Shown here piece after piece: positions 23,499-37,088 of a stretch of 64,000 nucleotides of DNA. The notes under the pieces were generated by a model. That model ran no database searches. It saw only the letters and a program-made list of their open reading frames with translations, and had not been told where the DNA came from. The DNA is from Amphiscolops sp. MND2022 (lineage: Eukaryota). Made by a program: the position numbers and the translations under genes. The first letter of the stretch is position 1. Each line of letters starts with the position of its first letter. The stretch is taken from the NCBI GenBank assembly GCA_964187785.1, contig OZ076412.1, forward strand, positions 74,338,001 to 74,402,000. Reading direction: 5' to 3'.

Positions 23499-25722
23499 AT
23501 GTTCTTGTTTTTCGGGGCGGTGGGCGTTTGGATCGAATGAATTTGCGCGAAAATGCAATCTGTCACTGAGATCGAAGTAAAATGGTCAAAAAAATGAGAT
23601 CGAATCCATGTTTTCAAATACCTAGCGTTTTCAAATAACAATGTTTTTGGTCGTCGGATATGCCCCCCATTTCCTCTAATGCCACGCGGCCCCTTGGGGC
23701 CGCTTATGTTCCCATCTTGCTAAGCGAGGTCGAACAGGAGCAAAGACCTAGCGGGAACGGAGATCGCGAAGCGATCGTAGTGGGAGCTGGTCCTTGCGAC
23801 GGTGAGGGCGAGCGTGCATACACCGGATATGCCCCACATATCATACGAAACGTTTCGTCAAATTATTTTAGCCTGAGACGTTTCGGCATTTTTTTTGCCG
23901 AAACGTCCGACGCCATGTTTTTGCCGAAACGTTCGGAATCCGACTGGGATAGTGGCTGGTATCAGTAGTTTGTTGGTTGTATTTTCTTGTTGCTACTTGT
24001 CTGTTGGGATAGTGGCTTGCACGGGGTTTCTTCTTTCGTTGCAGACCATGGTTGAGTGTCTTTTCCCATCATCATGACTTACATGGCAATTAATTGTTGA
24101 CGATGATTCATGATATCTCGGTGGTTTAATCTGTAGTCATATTCATAAATAACTATTAGTGCGGTTATCGTTGATAAAGAAGTTATGGCGTTATTTTTCG
24201 TGAATTTTTCCGTCTTTTCAATGGCTCTTCAGATCGGCAATGCGGCCTATGTTCTAGGAACTGTGAGCGACAGAGATGCGTTCGAAGAAATTTTTTACAT
24301 ATAGCTTATATTAAAAAAAAACCTTTATATCATTGCAGCTTTAAAAAAAATTTCTACCGGTCGACTGCGATAGTGGCTGGTATGAGTTGTTTGTTGGTTG
24401 TTTCTTTTTGCTACTGGGATAGTCGCTGGTATGGGGTTCCCTACTCTCGTTGCAGACCACGGGTGTGTGTCTCCCCCCCCCCCAACATGGTGATGCACAT
24501 GGCACTTGATTGATGACGAAGATCCATGATATCTGATAGAGGAAAAAAATTTCCGTCTTCGTAGAATGATTCTTACTATATGGTGACTTTCCATAGCTCT
24601 GAATATTCATTGCTCCGAAATCAAAATCGAGTGTCATAAATTTTAATTATCTGCTTCGATTCTGAATCGCAGTCCAAATGTTCTAATTTAAATAAAGGCG
24701 CTCCCGCAAATTCTTAACCTAAAATCACTGCGGCAGCTAAAGGCATTGACAGTTCGGGGAATATGCAAAACAAACAACTTGTCAATATTTCGTCAACTTA
24801 CGCGAATTTTAGGTGTGAAAATAATGTTGGAAATTCCGGAGCTATGGCAGTAGATTTTAAATTCGGAGCTAAGAATAGTCACCTTACTATATATCTGAGT
24901 ACATTCTCAGGCTTATGAAGCGCGAGCTTCGTTCAAGAGGAGAGCAGGAATAACCAAAGCCAAGCAATGCGCAGGCTTATTTCCAATCTTAATACGTTGG
25001 ATTTCTTCAGACGTTATTCCCGAAACACTTTTAGACATTAACTTGAATTTAGTTTCTGTCGAAATGAAATTTGTTGTTTAACAATTGCAGGATGCTTTTG
25101 AGGAGAGCCATATACCCATAAAAAGTTTCAAGATTTTAATATTTAATGGGATAGGTTATCGAAGAAATGGTGATGGTTTCTTTCAAAACTTCGCGTTCAT
25201 ACTTCGCGAACATAGTTTCATACCTCTTCGTCTCTTGTCAATCTTTTCGCACCAGTTATCAACGAACTGTGAAGATAAATCCTGCACTAAACGGTGTCTA
25301 CTGTGTTCTCTATCGTCAGGAACATACGCATTTGAAGCAGGTGCTTTTTTCGGCACTCTTCATCTCGGGTTCCTAAAGAGTTTCCAGTGGTCACTTGTAT
25401 AGCTACTGCTGATGCGCCTGGAAAACCCGCTCCAGCAGACCTTATTCCCGAACTTTTCGTGACCCACATCTTCCAATGGTTTTAATGTCGCTCAAATCAG
25501 GAAAAGGATTTATTCTGAATTGAAAAAATACGGCACTCATTTGCTATATACTTGTCTCGAGGCTTCCGTTAAGCGGGCTCACACCTTGAGAAGTCTTTTC
25601 TGAACATAGATATGTTACATGATGAATGAATTTTATTTTCTGTGTTATCGAAGTACGGATGAATTCAATTATTATATATAAAATCTAACTGTTGACTTAC
25701 CCACAGTGACTTTGTTTTTCAG

Positions 25723-26142
25723 ATGATGGGTCCCGTTCCCATAGGTGGGTATCTTCCCACCATCAACTGAAAGTAAGTTGCTTTGCATGTCTAAAAGTCC
25801 TGCTCCCTATTAGCAATGAATGCATAGGATAATTTCGATGGTTTAGATTATGAGCCTTGGATCATCAAGAAACTTTCCAAATTCAGCCATCAACGGCCCG
25901 GCAGCGCATTCTATAAATTCATCACAGTTTGGATCACACACATTCAATACTCAATATACGAACTCGAACCCGATGTCATTCGTCAATAATAGCGCTCAAG
26001 CAAACAATGGACATCTGTTTCCCCCAGGGGTAAGTGGTTCAGATTGTGCACATTAATTTTCATTCTACTTCTTCATCTCATCAAAATTTTTCCGTTTCAG
26101 AACGCAACCTTCTCCCATATGTATAATCAAGCTCGAGATATG
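25723..26142 (+). other. Three-exon cassette, copy 2
   Basis: Same exons and splice sites as copy 1. Confidence 0.7.
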
Positions 26143-27028
26143 GTGAGTCCATTTGTCTGCATTCAATCGATCCATTTTCTTTAACATCTCAACATTGAAA
26201 AGTAAACGTCTTTCCATGTAATCAGGTTTCGACATAGCTTGTTTTTCACTTTTTGTAGCTGTTCTGATTGGCTGAATTCCCGAAACTATTTACAGTGGAA
26301 TCCGCCTAATTCGTATCGCCAGGGACCGAATAAAATACTACGAATAACGAGAAATACCAATTAACAGGATGATTTTACTTTGGTCGTCCTGAAATGGGGG
26401 TCTCAAAGACGTACGAATTAAACGAAGATCCGAATTATCCGGATACGAATTAACCGGAGTTGACTGTATAATGTAGCTGTTGTGTCTTGAAAAGGGGCGC
26501 AGACGACAAGTTCAAGATTTTTGTGAATTAGCTGTTTACCGAATCAGCTGAGCGGAGAGCTTTTTTTCAGCGATGTTCAAGAGCTCACCAAACAATAGCT
26601 TGTTTCCAGAAAATTGTTTCAGCTAAACTGTGGTGGTGTGTAAGGAGAGACCATGTAAATTATCCCAAAAGCCATCAGAAATATTCCAAAAATATGTTAT
26701 AACTCCATCCATAAACGACACACTTTTTGGTGGCCAGTCTTGTACCCTCAATACAAAAAACTATTTTTGGTTGGAAATCAATTATTGGAACCAACAAACT
26801 TACACCTGATTAGCAATTGCGAAATAAGTGGTTGATATCAGCGATGTCACAACTCTGGTATCAAATAGTTAATTATTTACGGGCTATCGGTCGATCGTGG
26901 TATCGAAATTCAGCATGCACAATTGCGTGAACTCTACGCGAAAAGTCCAGTATTATTTGGATTCAAAATGATTTTGACCTTTTCATTGGCGCTCTGCTCT
27001 GCGTTTATAGAATTTCAAGTTACATATT

Positions 27029-27088
<60 letters not shown>

Positions 27089-28463
27089 AATAGACTTCAG
27101 GGCGTAGCCCTAGGAGGTTTCCACCTTTGATTGTCCGAGTTCTAATTCACTCGCAGTTTTTCAAAGATGTTGCAGTTTCCACATCTGCATAGGAGTCTCC
27201 ATGTACATGTGTTTGTCTCATTGTTTTTCTTTCGAAAGAAGGTGTGGTGGATGTCGGTCAGTGTCGTTTTGTCAGGTTTTTGGTGGAAAGAGGGACATGC
27301 GCAGATAAGGTAGCTGTAGTCTTTTTGTGCGGGTGAAGAATTTGTCTTTTGGAGTCGAGCCTGGGCTAATGGTAGCTCTCCTCTTCGAAATTGCCTGGTT
27401 GAATCATATGCATGTGGTAAGGTTTCATTAAGTACTACGTCATACTTGTCATTGAGCATAGCCAGTAACATCAGGATGTCGTGCATTTCCATATAGAGAC
27501 TGAGGGGGAGGAGCTTCAGTACTTTCATTCTTTGGTAATAGCTTTTTTCTGGTCCAAGATCCAACGAGTCGCCAAATTTTGAACTTTCTCTAGTGTTGCA
27601 GAGTTTGCTTTGTTTGCTTTGCCATGTCTGGAGGCATAGGTTAGTACGGGTCCTATGTCGCTTATTTGAAAAAAATTGACTTCGCATTGCTTTGGTTGCA
27701 TGTCCGTTACTGTTTCCGTTCCAGGGAAAGTTGTTGCTGATCATGACTCCCAGGCCGCGTTGACTTTGAACAGTTGAGAGGGGCTTATTCAACAGGGTAG
27801 CGTTTTGTTCTCGCAGATTGAGAAGTGTCGAGATTTCTTGACTTTGGGCATCATTTTGTTTGCTTCCCACCAATTTTCTATATTTGTTGAATAATCCAGC
27901 TGACTTCGCTCTTTGGTAATGACTTTGAAATCATCTGCATAGCTAAAGCTATCAACTTCATTTAGTGATTCAGGGCGATCGTTTATGAACAGTAGGACGA
28001 GGAGAGGACCCAATATAGACCCCTGCTGGACCTCCTAACCGCTTTTGGAGTAGTTACGCTCCTGTTGTCCTCGCTACGAACGTAATGTTTTCTATCAGTC
28101 AGGTGCAATTTTATATGGAAAACAGCTTTCCACCAAATCTATTTTTTGGATCAGGATGTCTTGGGGGAGGGGTTGTATCGAAGGCTTTGGCAAAATCGAG
28201 ATATGAAACATCTAGCTGGTCTGTTTCTACCTTGTCATATAGAGTTCATATAATCGGTGATTGAAAACTAACAATTGGACAGTCGCCTGTTTGCGGAAGC
28301 CAAATTGACTCGTGTAGTCTATCTCTGACATGCTTGTATATATCGTCGAATATAACTTCTTCCAGTATTTTACAGCAGCAGGATTGTAAACTGATGGATC
28401 TGTAGCAACTTACGTCATCCTTGTTGCCTTCTCTGAATATTGGTGTCACTTTACAGATTTTCG
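27029..28463 (-). mobile_element. LINE B, copy 2, (CTA)20 tail
   Basis: As copy 1. Confidence 0.85.
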
Positions 28464-28476
28464 AAAATTGATCGGA

Positions 28477-29893
28477 TTGATGAAACCATATAGTCATACA
28501 GTACGTTACACCTGGTTTCACATATGAATCAAAAATACGTACAGCGTAAAATGGATTTAATCCTTGCGTTATGAGTATACTAGTTTCTTTCCAGTAATTA
28601 ACCACCGAGGCAGAGATAATGGCAGCATGTGTTTTGAAACTCAAATCTCGCAAAAACCATAGGCCCAGTCTTTTATTTCTCTCAACAAATTTATAGTCGG
28701 ACTGAAATGCTTCTTTTGAGAAATTTATTTGTTCAGTTTTGTCTTTATTCAGCACCTGCCTCCATTTGTATGTATAGTTTTCCGCCTTTTCTAAATATGT
28801 GCTTAAGTTTTCTTTGCTTGAAAGAGAAGTACTGTCAACTGCATACATATATGTTAAGTCCGCATCTTGGAGCAAGCCCTTCATATAAAATATAAACAAA
28901 AGTGGTGACAGTACAGCTCCCTGAGGTAAACCATAAAGAGGGACAAATGACATGTTGATAAAATCATTGACTTGGATACTGACTTTCTGATTCGATAAAA
29001 AAGATTTTATAGTAGCTAACATTGGACCATTTAAACCACTGTTTATAAGCTTGCTTATCAATAAAGTTTGATCTACGGAATCAAAAGCTTTCTCTAGATC
29101 ATATACTGTTGCGATTGGTGAATTTTTCATTGCTAAGATATCATGATATAATTTGTATAAGTAGTGCAAAGTTGACTTGCCTGGCTGAAAATCAAATTGT
29201 TGCTCATCAATGTCGAGGATATCTGATGATCTTAGTCTTCTATCTATCTCTCGTTCATCTACTTTTCCTAAATGGGATGTAAGTGAAATAGGTCTATATG
29301 AAGATGGATTAGAATAATCAGTTTTGCCAGACTTTTTCAAGAATTTGACAATGGTTTTATCAAATGGCCAATTCCCCATGAAGAATGCACTGTTTATCAA
29401 GTGCAAACATATCCTAATGGTGTTAAATTTGAATTTCTTTAATAGTTTAGGATGAAGGCCATAAGGTTCTACGCCCTTGTTGTTTGTCTTGATTTTCGTT
29501 ATGGCTTGTTTAAGTTCATCCATTGTATTACGCATGTTTAGATCATTCTTGACCTACTCCTTGTAATAATCTCCAACGGTGTGAGCCAACTTCTCTTTCA
29601 CTTCTACTTTTACTTGTTCATAAAAAGTGTCGTCAAACAGTTTACCAGTAAGGTGTGCACCATCGAAGAAAATACGTTGAAAGAGCGCAGCTTTATGGCA
29701 ATCCTTTTCTAGTGTCCTACCCTTGTGACAAAGTACTCCTATGTTATTTATGTCCATTGAACCATTGAATTTGCGGAGATTATCGAAAAATGTTTAAGCG
29801 TTTCCCTTATTCATTTCCATGATGCCATTTTGCGTCCAACGGGTATTGTTCTTTTTCATTTCCTTTTTGAATTCGATTTTAGCCATTTCAACA
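28477..29893 (-). mobile_element. LINE A, 3'-truncated copy
   Basis: Same sequence; one T/A change removes a stop codon. Confidence 0.85.
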
Positions 29894-32114
29894 ATGTTCT
29901 TGTTTTTCGGGGCGGTGGGCGTTTGGATCGAATGAATTTGCGCGAAAATGCAATCTGTCACTGAGATCGAAGTAAAATGGTCAAAAAATGAGATCGAATC
30001 CATGTTTTCAAATACCTAGCGTTTTCAAATAACAATTTTTTTGGTCGTCGGATATGCCCCCCATTTCCTCTAATGCCACGCGGCCCCTTGGGGCCGCTTA
30101 TGTTCCCATCTTGCTAAGCGAGGTCGAACAGGAGCAAAGACCTAGCGGGAACGGAGATCGCGAAGCGATCGTAGTGGGAGCTGGTCCTTGCGACGGTGAG
30201 GGCGAGCGTGCATACACCGGATATGCCCCACATATCATACGAAACGTTTCGTCAAATTATTTTAGCCTGAGACGTTTCGGCATTTTTTTTGCCGAAACGT
30301 CCGACGCCATGTTTTTGCCGAAACGTTCGGAATCCGACTGGGATAGTGGCTGGTATCAGTAGTTTGTTGGTTGTATTTTCTTGTTGCTACTTGTCTGTTG
30401 GGATAGTGGCTTGCACGGGGTTTCTTCTTTCGTTGCAGACCATGGTTGAGTGTCTTTTCCCATCATCATGACTTACATGGCAATTAATTGTTGACGATGA
30501 TTCATGATATCTCGGTGGTTTAATCTGTAGTCATATTCATAAATAACTATTAGTGCGGTTATCGTTGATAAAGAAGTTATGGCGTTATTTTTCGTGAATT
30601 TTTCCGTCTTTTCAATGGCTCTTCAGATCGGCAATGCGGCCTATGTTCTAGGAACTGTGAGCGACAGAGATGCGTTCGAAGAAATTTTTTACATATAGCT
30701 TATATTAAAAAAAACCTTTATATCATTGCAGCTTTAAAAAAAATTTCTACCGGTCGACTGCGATAGTGGCTGGTATGAGTTGTTTGTTGGTTGTTTCTTT
30801 TTGCTACTGGGATAGTCGCTGGTATGGGGTTCCCTACTCTCGTTGCAGACCACGGGTGTGTCTCCCCCCCCCCCCAACATGGTGATGCACATGGCACTTG
30901 ATTGATGACGAAGATCCATGATATCTGATAGAGGAAAAAAATTTCCGTCTTCGTTGAATGATTCTTACTATATGGTGACTTTCCATAGCTCTGAATATTC
31001 ATTGCTCCGAAATCAAAATCGAGTGTCATAAATTTTAATTATCTGCTTCGATTCTGAATCGCAGTCCAAATGTTCTAATTTAAATAAAGGCGCTCCCGCA
31101 AATTCTTAACCTAAAATCACTGCAGCAACTAAAGGCATTGACAGTTCGGGGAATATGCAAAACAAACAACTTGTCAATATTTCGTCAACTTACGCGAATT
31201 TTAGGTGTGAAAATAATGTTGGAAATTCCGGAGCTATGGCAGTAGATTTTAAATTCGGAGCTAAGAATAGTCACCTTACTATATATCTGAGTACATTCTC
31301 AGGCTTATGAAGCGCGAGCTTCGTTCAAGAGGAGAGCAGGAATAACCAAAGCCAAGCCATGCGCAGGCTTATTTCCAATCTTAATACGTTGGATTTCTTC
31401 AGACGTTATTCCCGAAACACTTTTAGACATTAATTTGAATTTAGTTTCTGTCGAAATGAAATTTGTTGTTTAACAATTGCAGGATGCTTTTGAGGAGAGC
31501 CATATACCCATAAAAAGTTTCAAGATTTTAATATTTAATGGGATAGGTTATCGAAGAAATGGTGATGGTTTCTTTCAAAACTTCGCGTTCATACTTCGCG
31601 AACATAGTTTCATACCTCTTCGTCTCTTGTCAATCTTTTCGCACCAGTTATCAACGAACTGTGAAGATAAATCCTGCACTAAACGGTGTCTACTGTGTTC
31701 TCTATCGTCAGGAACATACGCATTTGAAGCAGGTGCTTTTTTCGGCACTCTTCATCTCGGGTTCCTAAAGAGTTTCCAGTGGTCACTTGTATAGCTACTG
31801 CTGATGCGCCTGGAAAACCCGCTCCAGCAGACCTTATTCCCGAACTTTTCGTGACCCACATCTTCCAATGGTTTTAATGTCGCTCAAATCAGGAAAAGGA
31901 TTTATTCTGAATTGAAAAAATACGGCACTCATTTGCTATATACTTGTCTCGAGGCTTCCGTTAAGCGGGCTCACACCTTGAGAAGTCTTTTCTGAACATA
32001 GATATGTTACATGATGAATGAATTTTATTTTCTGTGTTATCGAAGTACGGATGAATTCAATTATTATATATAAAATCTAACTGTTGACTTACCCACAGTG
32101 ACTTTGTTTTTCAG

Positions 32115-32534
32115 ATGATGGGTCCCGTTCCCATAGGTGGGTATCTTCCCACCATCAACTGAAAGTAAGTTGCTTTGCATGTCTAAAAGTCCTGCTCCCT
32201 ATTAGCAATGAATGCATAGGATAATTTCGATGGTTTAGATTATGAGCCTTGGATCATCAAGAAACTTTCCAAATTCAGCCATCAACGGCCCGGCAGCGCA
32301 TTCTATAAATTCATCACAGTTTGGATCACACACATTCAATACTCAATATACGAACTCGAACCCGATGTCATTCGTCAATAATAGCGCTCAAGCAAACAAT
32401 GGACATCTGTTTCCCCCAGGGGTAAGTGGTTCAGATTGTGCACATTAATTTTCATTCTACTTCTTCATCTCATCAAAATTTTTCCGTTTCAGAACGCAAC
32501 CTTCTCCCATATGTATAATCAAGCTCGAGATATG
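32115..32534 (+). other. Three-exon cassette, copy 3
   Basis: Same exons and splice sites as copy 1. Confidence 0.7.
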
Positions 32535-33420
32535 GTGAGTCCATTTGTCTGCATTCAATCGATCCATTTTCTTTAACATCTCAACATTGAAAAGTAAACG
32601 TCTTTCCATGTAATCAGGTTTCGACATAGCTTGTTTTTCACTTTTTGTAGCTGTTCTGATTGGCTGAATTCCCGAAACTATTTACAGTGGAATCCGCCTA
32701 ATTCGTATCGCCAGGGACCGAATAAAATACTACGAATATCGAGAAATACCAATTAACAGGATGATTTTACTTTGGTCGTCCTGAAATGGGGGTCTCAAAG
32801 ACGTACGAATTAAACGAAGATCCGAATTATCCGGATACGAATTAACCGGAGTTGACTGTATAATGTAGCTGTTGTGTCTTGAAAAGGGGCGCAGACGACA
32901 AGTTCAAGATTTTTGTGAATTAGCTGTTTACCGAATCAGCTGAGCGGAGAGCTTTTTTTCAGCGATGTTCAAGAGCTCACCAAACAATAGCTTGTTTCCA
33001 GAAAATTGTTTCAGCTAAACTGTGGTGGTGTGTAAGGAGAGACCATGTAAATTATCCCAAAAGCCATCAGAAATATTCCAAAAATATGTTATAACTCCAT
33101 CCATAAACGACACACTTTTTGGTGGCCAGTCTTGTACCCTCAATACAAAAAACTATTTTTGGTTGGAAATCAATTATTGGAACCAACAAACTTACACCTG
33201 ATTAGCAATTGCGAAATAAGTGGTTGATATCAGCGATGTCACAACTCTGGTATCAAATAGTTAATTATTTACGGGCTATCGGTCGATCGTGGTATCGAAA
33301 TTCAGCATGCACAATTTCGTGAACTCTACGCGAAAAGTCCAGTATTATTTGGATTCAAAATGATTTTGACCTTTTCATTGGCGCTCTGCTCTGCGTTTAT
33401 AGAATTTCAAGTTACATATT

Positions 33421-33462
<42 letters not shown>

Positions 33463-35590
33463 AATAGACTTCAGGGCGTAGCCCTAGGAGGTTTCCACCT
33501 TTGATTGTCCGAGTTCTAATTCACTCGCAGTTTTTCAAAGATGTTGCAGTTTCCACATCTGCATAGGAGTCTCCATGTACATGTGTTTGTCTCATTGTTT
33601 TTCTTTCGAAAGAAGGTGTGGTGGATGTCGGTCAGTGTCGTTTTGTCAGGTTTTTGGTGGAAAGAGGGACATGCGCAGATAAGGTAGCTGTAGTCTTTTT
33701 GTGCGGGTGAAGAATTTGTCTTTTGGAGTCGAGCCTGGGCTAATGGTAGCTCTCCTCTTCGAAATTGCCTGGTTGAATCATATGCATGTGGTAAGGTTTC
33801 ATTAAGTACTACGTCATACTTGTCATTGAGCATAGCCAGTAACATCAGGATGTCGTGCATTTCCATATAGAGACTGAGGGGGAGGAGCTTCAGTACTTTC
33901 ATTCTTTGGTAATAGCTTTTTTCTGGTCCAAGATCCAACGAGTCGCCAAATTTTGAACTTTCTCTAGTGTTGCAGAGTTTGCTTTGTTTGCTTTGCCATG
34001 TCTGGAGGCATAGGTTAGTACGGGTCCTATGTCGCTTATTTGAAAAAAATTGACTTCGCATTGCTTTGGTTGCATGTCCGTTACTGTTTCCGTTCCAGGG
34101 AAAGTTGTTGCTGATCATGACTCCCAGGCCGCGTTGACTTTGAACAGTTGAGAGGGGCTTATTCAACAGGGTAGCGTTTTGTTCTCGCAGATTGAGAAGT
34201 GTCGAGATTTCTTGACTTTGGGCATCATTTTGTTTGCTTCCCACCAATTTTCTATATTTGTTGAATAATCCAGCTGACTTCGCTCTTTGGTAATGACTTT
34301 GAAATCATCTGCATAGCTAAAGCTATCAACTTCATTTAGTGATTCAGGGCGATCGTTTATGAACAGTAGGACGAGGAGAGGACCCAATATAGACCCCTGC
34401 TGGACCTCCTAACCGCTTTTGGAGTAGTTACGCTCCTGTTGTCCTCGCTACGAACGTAATGTTTTCTATCAGTCAGGTGCAATTTTATATGGAAAACAGC
34501 TTTCCACCAAATCTATTTTTTGGATCAGGATGTCTTGGGGGAGGGGTTGTATCGAAGGCTTTGGCAAAATCGAGATATGAAACATCTAGCTGGTCTGTTT
34601 CTACCTTGTCATATAGAGTTCATATAATCGGTGATTGAAAACTAACAATTGGACAGTCGCCTGTTTGCGGAAGCCAAATTGACTCGTGTAGTCTATCTCT
34701 GACATGCTTGTATATATCGTCGAATATAACTTCTTCCAGTATTTTACAGCAGCAGGATTGTAAACTGATGGATCTGTAGCAACTTGCGTCATCCTTGTTG
34801 CCTTCTCTGAATATTGGTGTCACTTTACAGATTTTCGGTCTTTGGAAAAGAGCCTTTGTTGAAACAGGTTTGGAAGATGAGAGTTAATGATTTCCTGAGA
34901 GTACTATGGCGTTTCTTTAGGACAAGATTTCCGATTTTTTTGTGACCCATGGGTTTGTTCACATGTAGATGCTCCGTGATGTCATTTTATTTTGATTCAC
35001 TTTGAGTTCGTTTAGAGGTCCGGGTTCAGTGGTACTGTCAAGTTTCATTTCATTTTTGCCAAACACTGACAATGTAATCGTTGAAAAGTTCGCTTTTTCC
35101 ATCACTATTGGTTGAGACATTCGAGCCGTTTCTCACAGTAGGCAGGATAATTGGTGCTTTGCGAACACGTTTGAGATACTTTTGAATTCGACTGAAAAGT
35201 CTTGCTTTGAAAACCTTGGTTTCGAATTGGGATAGATCTTCTTCAGACGCTTCCAAGATTTCTTTTTCCATTTTTTTATCTTCAAGACCCGCTTCAAGTT
35301 TTGGTTTGGTTTCTTTTCGATTGATTCCACTTGTTGAGATGGGGCGTGGGGCTTGTAATCCAGTGTGGCAGCTTCTTTCTGTGTTCGGTTACTCTAGGAA
35401 TATATGCTCCTGGTACCAATAAAAATTTTTGAAAGACATACCGGATTCCGTTGTTCGTTGGGTTCGCGTCGCCTTTCAAAATCAGTGGTCAAGATACCAT
35501 GTTAGCAGAGATCTAAGATTCTTGAGTTCTGGTGGAACGCAATAGTGTTGTTTAACCATACCTGGGGCCACATAACTGACCTGCCATTCA
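33421..35590 (-). mobile_element. LINE B, copy 3, (CTA)14 tail, extending to an endonuclease remnant
   Basis: Continues past 34837 into linker ORFs (35050-35479; KSELFNDY, LPHWIT) and an RILDL remnant near 35520. The 5' end is approximate. Confidence 0.82.
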
Positions 35591-36598
35591 ATGTTTAATG
35601 AATTTTTCATTAGTTGGGTGTTTGGCTTTTATTCAGCTATCCTATCGCTAATTATCAGAAGCGACAGCTAGCTGTAGCAGAATTTTAATTTGAACAGTTG
35701 ATATTTTTTTTCAGTTTTTCTAATAGTTTTCCACATGATCTGCATGTAGAAAAGGCGGTCACTTGTCAGAAAATAGCGACACGTTTCGCCTTCAATGTCT
35801 AAAATTCATGAAAAAGTCACGGTATAAGTGTTTTGTTTACATGCTGATTTTGGGAACTCAGCAAAGCTATGTTTCCGAAATTAAAATTAACAGGGCGAAA
35901 TTGAATACGAACTTAAATATCTATCAAACCACTGCCTCCAATTTTTTGTAGTAAAGTAAAAACTACCATTTTTGTAGGCGCTTTCTAGGATCGACTTTTT
36001 TAGTATCTAGTTTTCTCGAGGTCCCAGACGTGCGCTGTATGTTCCATCCAAGAATGTAAATGATTTTTGATCCTCTCATCAGAAGTTGAAGTTTGGGACT
36101 AAGAATCTGGGGGGACAGAAATGTCTGTTTGATATCTGGGACCGAAATGTCCGGACACGGAATGTGATTTGAACTTCGTCAATGAGTTTTTTCATGCTTG
36201 AGTTTTATCACCATTAAAGATGTTTTATCACCATTACGTCAAATAGTCGTTTGTTTTTCATAATATATTTTATAAATTTTTCAACATTCACTTCGGTGAA
36301 CCACTAGGTTTGACTACCACTGATCCATTTTAAAACCGTATAAGGTTATGAAACTTATTATTTGCAAATTAGGTACACTTAATCTCTCATGAATATGATA
36401 TGCCTTTACATTTGCCGTTGATTGGTGACTCCCGGTTTAGTACCAGAATGCACAAATGTTATTACCAATTTACGTGCCCTCAATTAATGCTTATTTCGTC
36501 TTAAATTGCGTTTAGACGTGCACAAGGCTGGCTCGCCTAACTAATTACGTGAGAACTATGATGGTAATGAATGAAGTAAGCAGTGGCTGATAGGTTAA

Positions 36599-36607
36599 AA
36601 GATGGCG
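36599..36607 (+). promoter_or_regulatory. Candidate YY1-like initiator motif (AAGATGGCG) upstream of eIF4G
   Basis: Motif match only, about 270 nt before the ATG, in a locally CpG-containing stretch. Confidence 0.25.
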
Positions 36608-36877
36608 CAAATAGTCGCAGTTTAATGTTTGAGTTGTGGCGCGCTAATTATTGCGTCCGGATTAAGTTGTAACACGTTTCAGTATCATCTAACCAGACAT
36701 TTTTATCTGTTCACATCTTACTCATATTAGCTTCTAATCCAACTTAAGCTTTCTTACCAGCCACCATTTTGTTGGCATACATACAAATTTTACACTTGTT
36801 TCAATTGTGTAACTCGACTGAGAGTCAGTCGACTTAAGATTTATTGGTTAGGACTTGAAGTTGAAAGAAGTTATTTC

Positions 36878-37088
36878 ATGTCGTACAAGCAGAATTTCAT
36901 GGCGGGACAGACACCCCAGTTTACTCCCAACGTCGTGTGTCCCACTGCAGTGCAGCCCAATCTGAATGGATCTTACCCCACGCTCACCCAAGTGCCCCCC
37001 AATATGCAGAACCAAGCCAACATCGCCTACATGCGGACCGCACAGTTTCACCCGCAAGCCCATCATTTTTATGCAGGTCCTCATGCAG
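36878..37088 (+). CDS. EIF4G: eIF4G exon 1 (Q/P/N-rich N-terminus)
   Basis: [10 protein letters not shown]...HHFYAGPHA, ending at donor G|GTGAGA (phase 1), which matches the exon 2 acceptor phase. Confidence 0.75.

Larger units (their letters stand above)
22082..28463. repeat. Tandem segmental repeat, copy 2 of 3
   Basis: Preceded by filler AAAATTGATCGGA (22069-22081). Confidence 0.97.
28477..34837. repeat. Tandem segmental repeat, copy 3 of 3
   Basis: Preceded by the same filler (28464-28476); LINE B continues natively after 34837. Confidence 0.97.

Noticed and set aside
15714-34837. Triplication as a pure assembly artefact
   Set aside because: Each copy has private substitutions and a different microsatellite length. 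An artefact is disfavoured but not excluded without reads.
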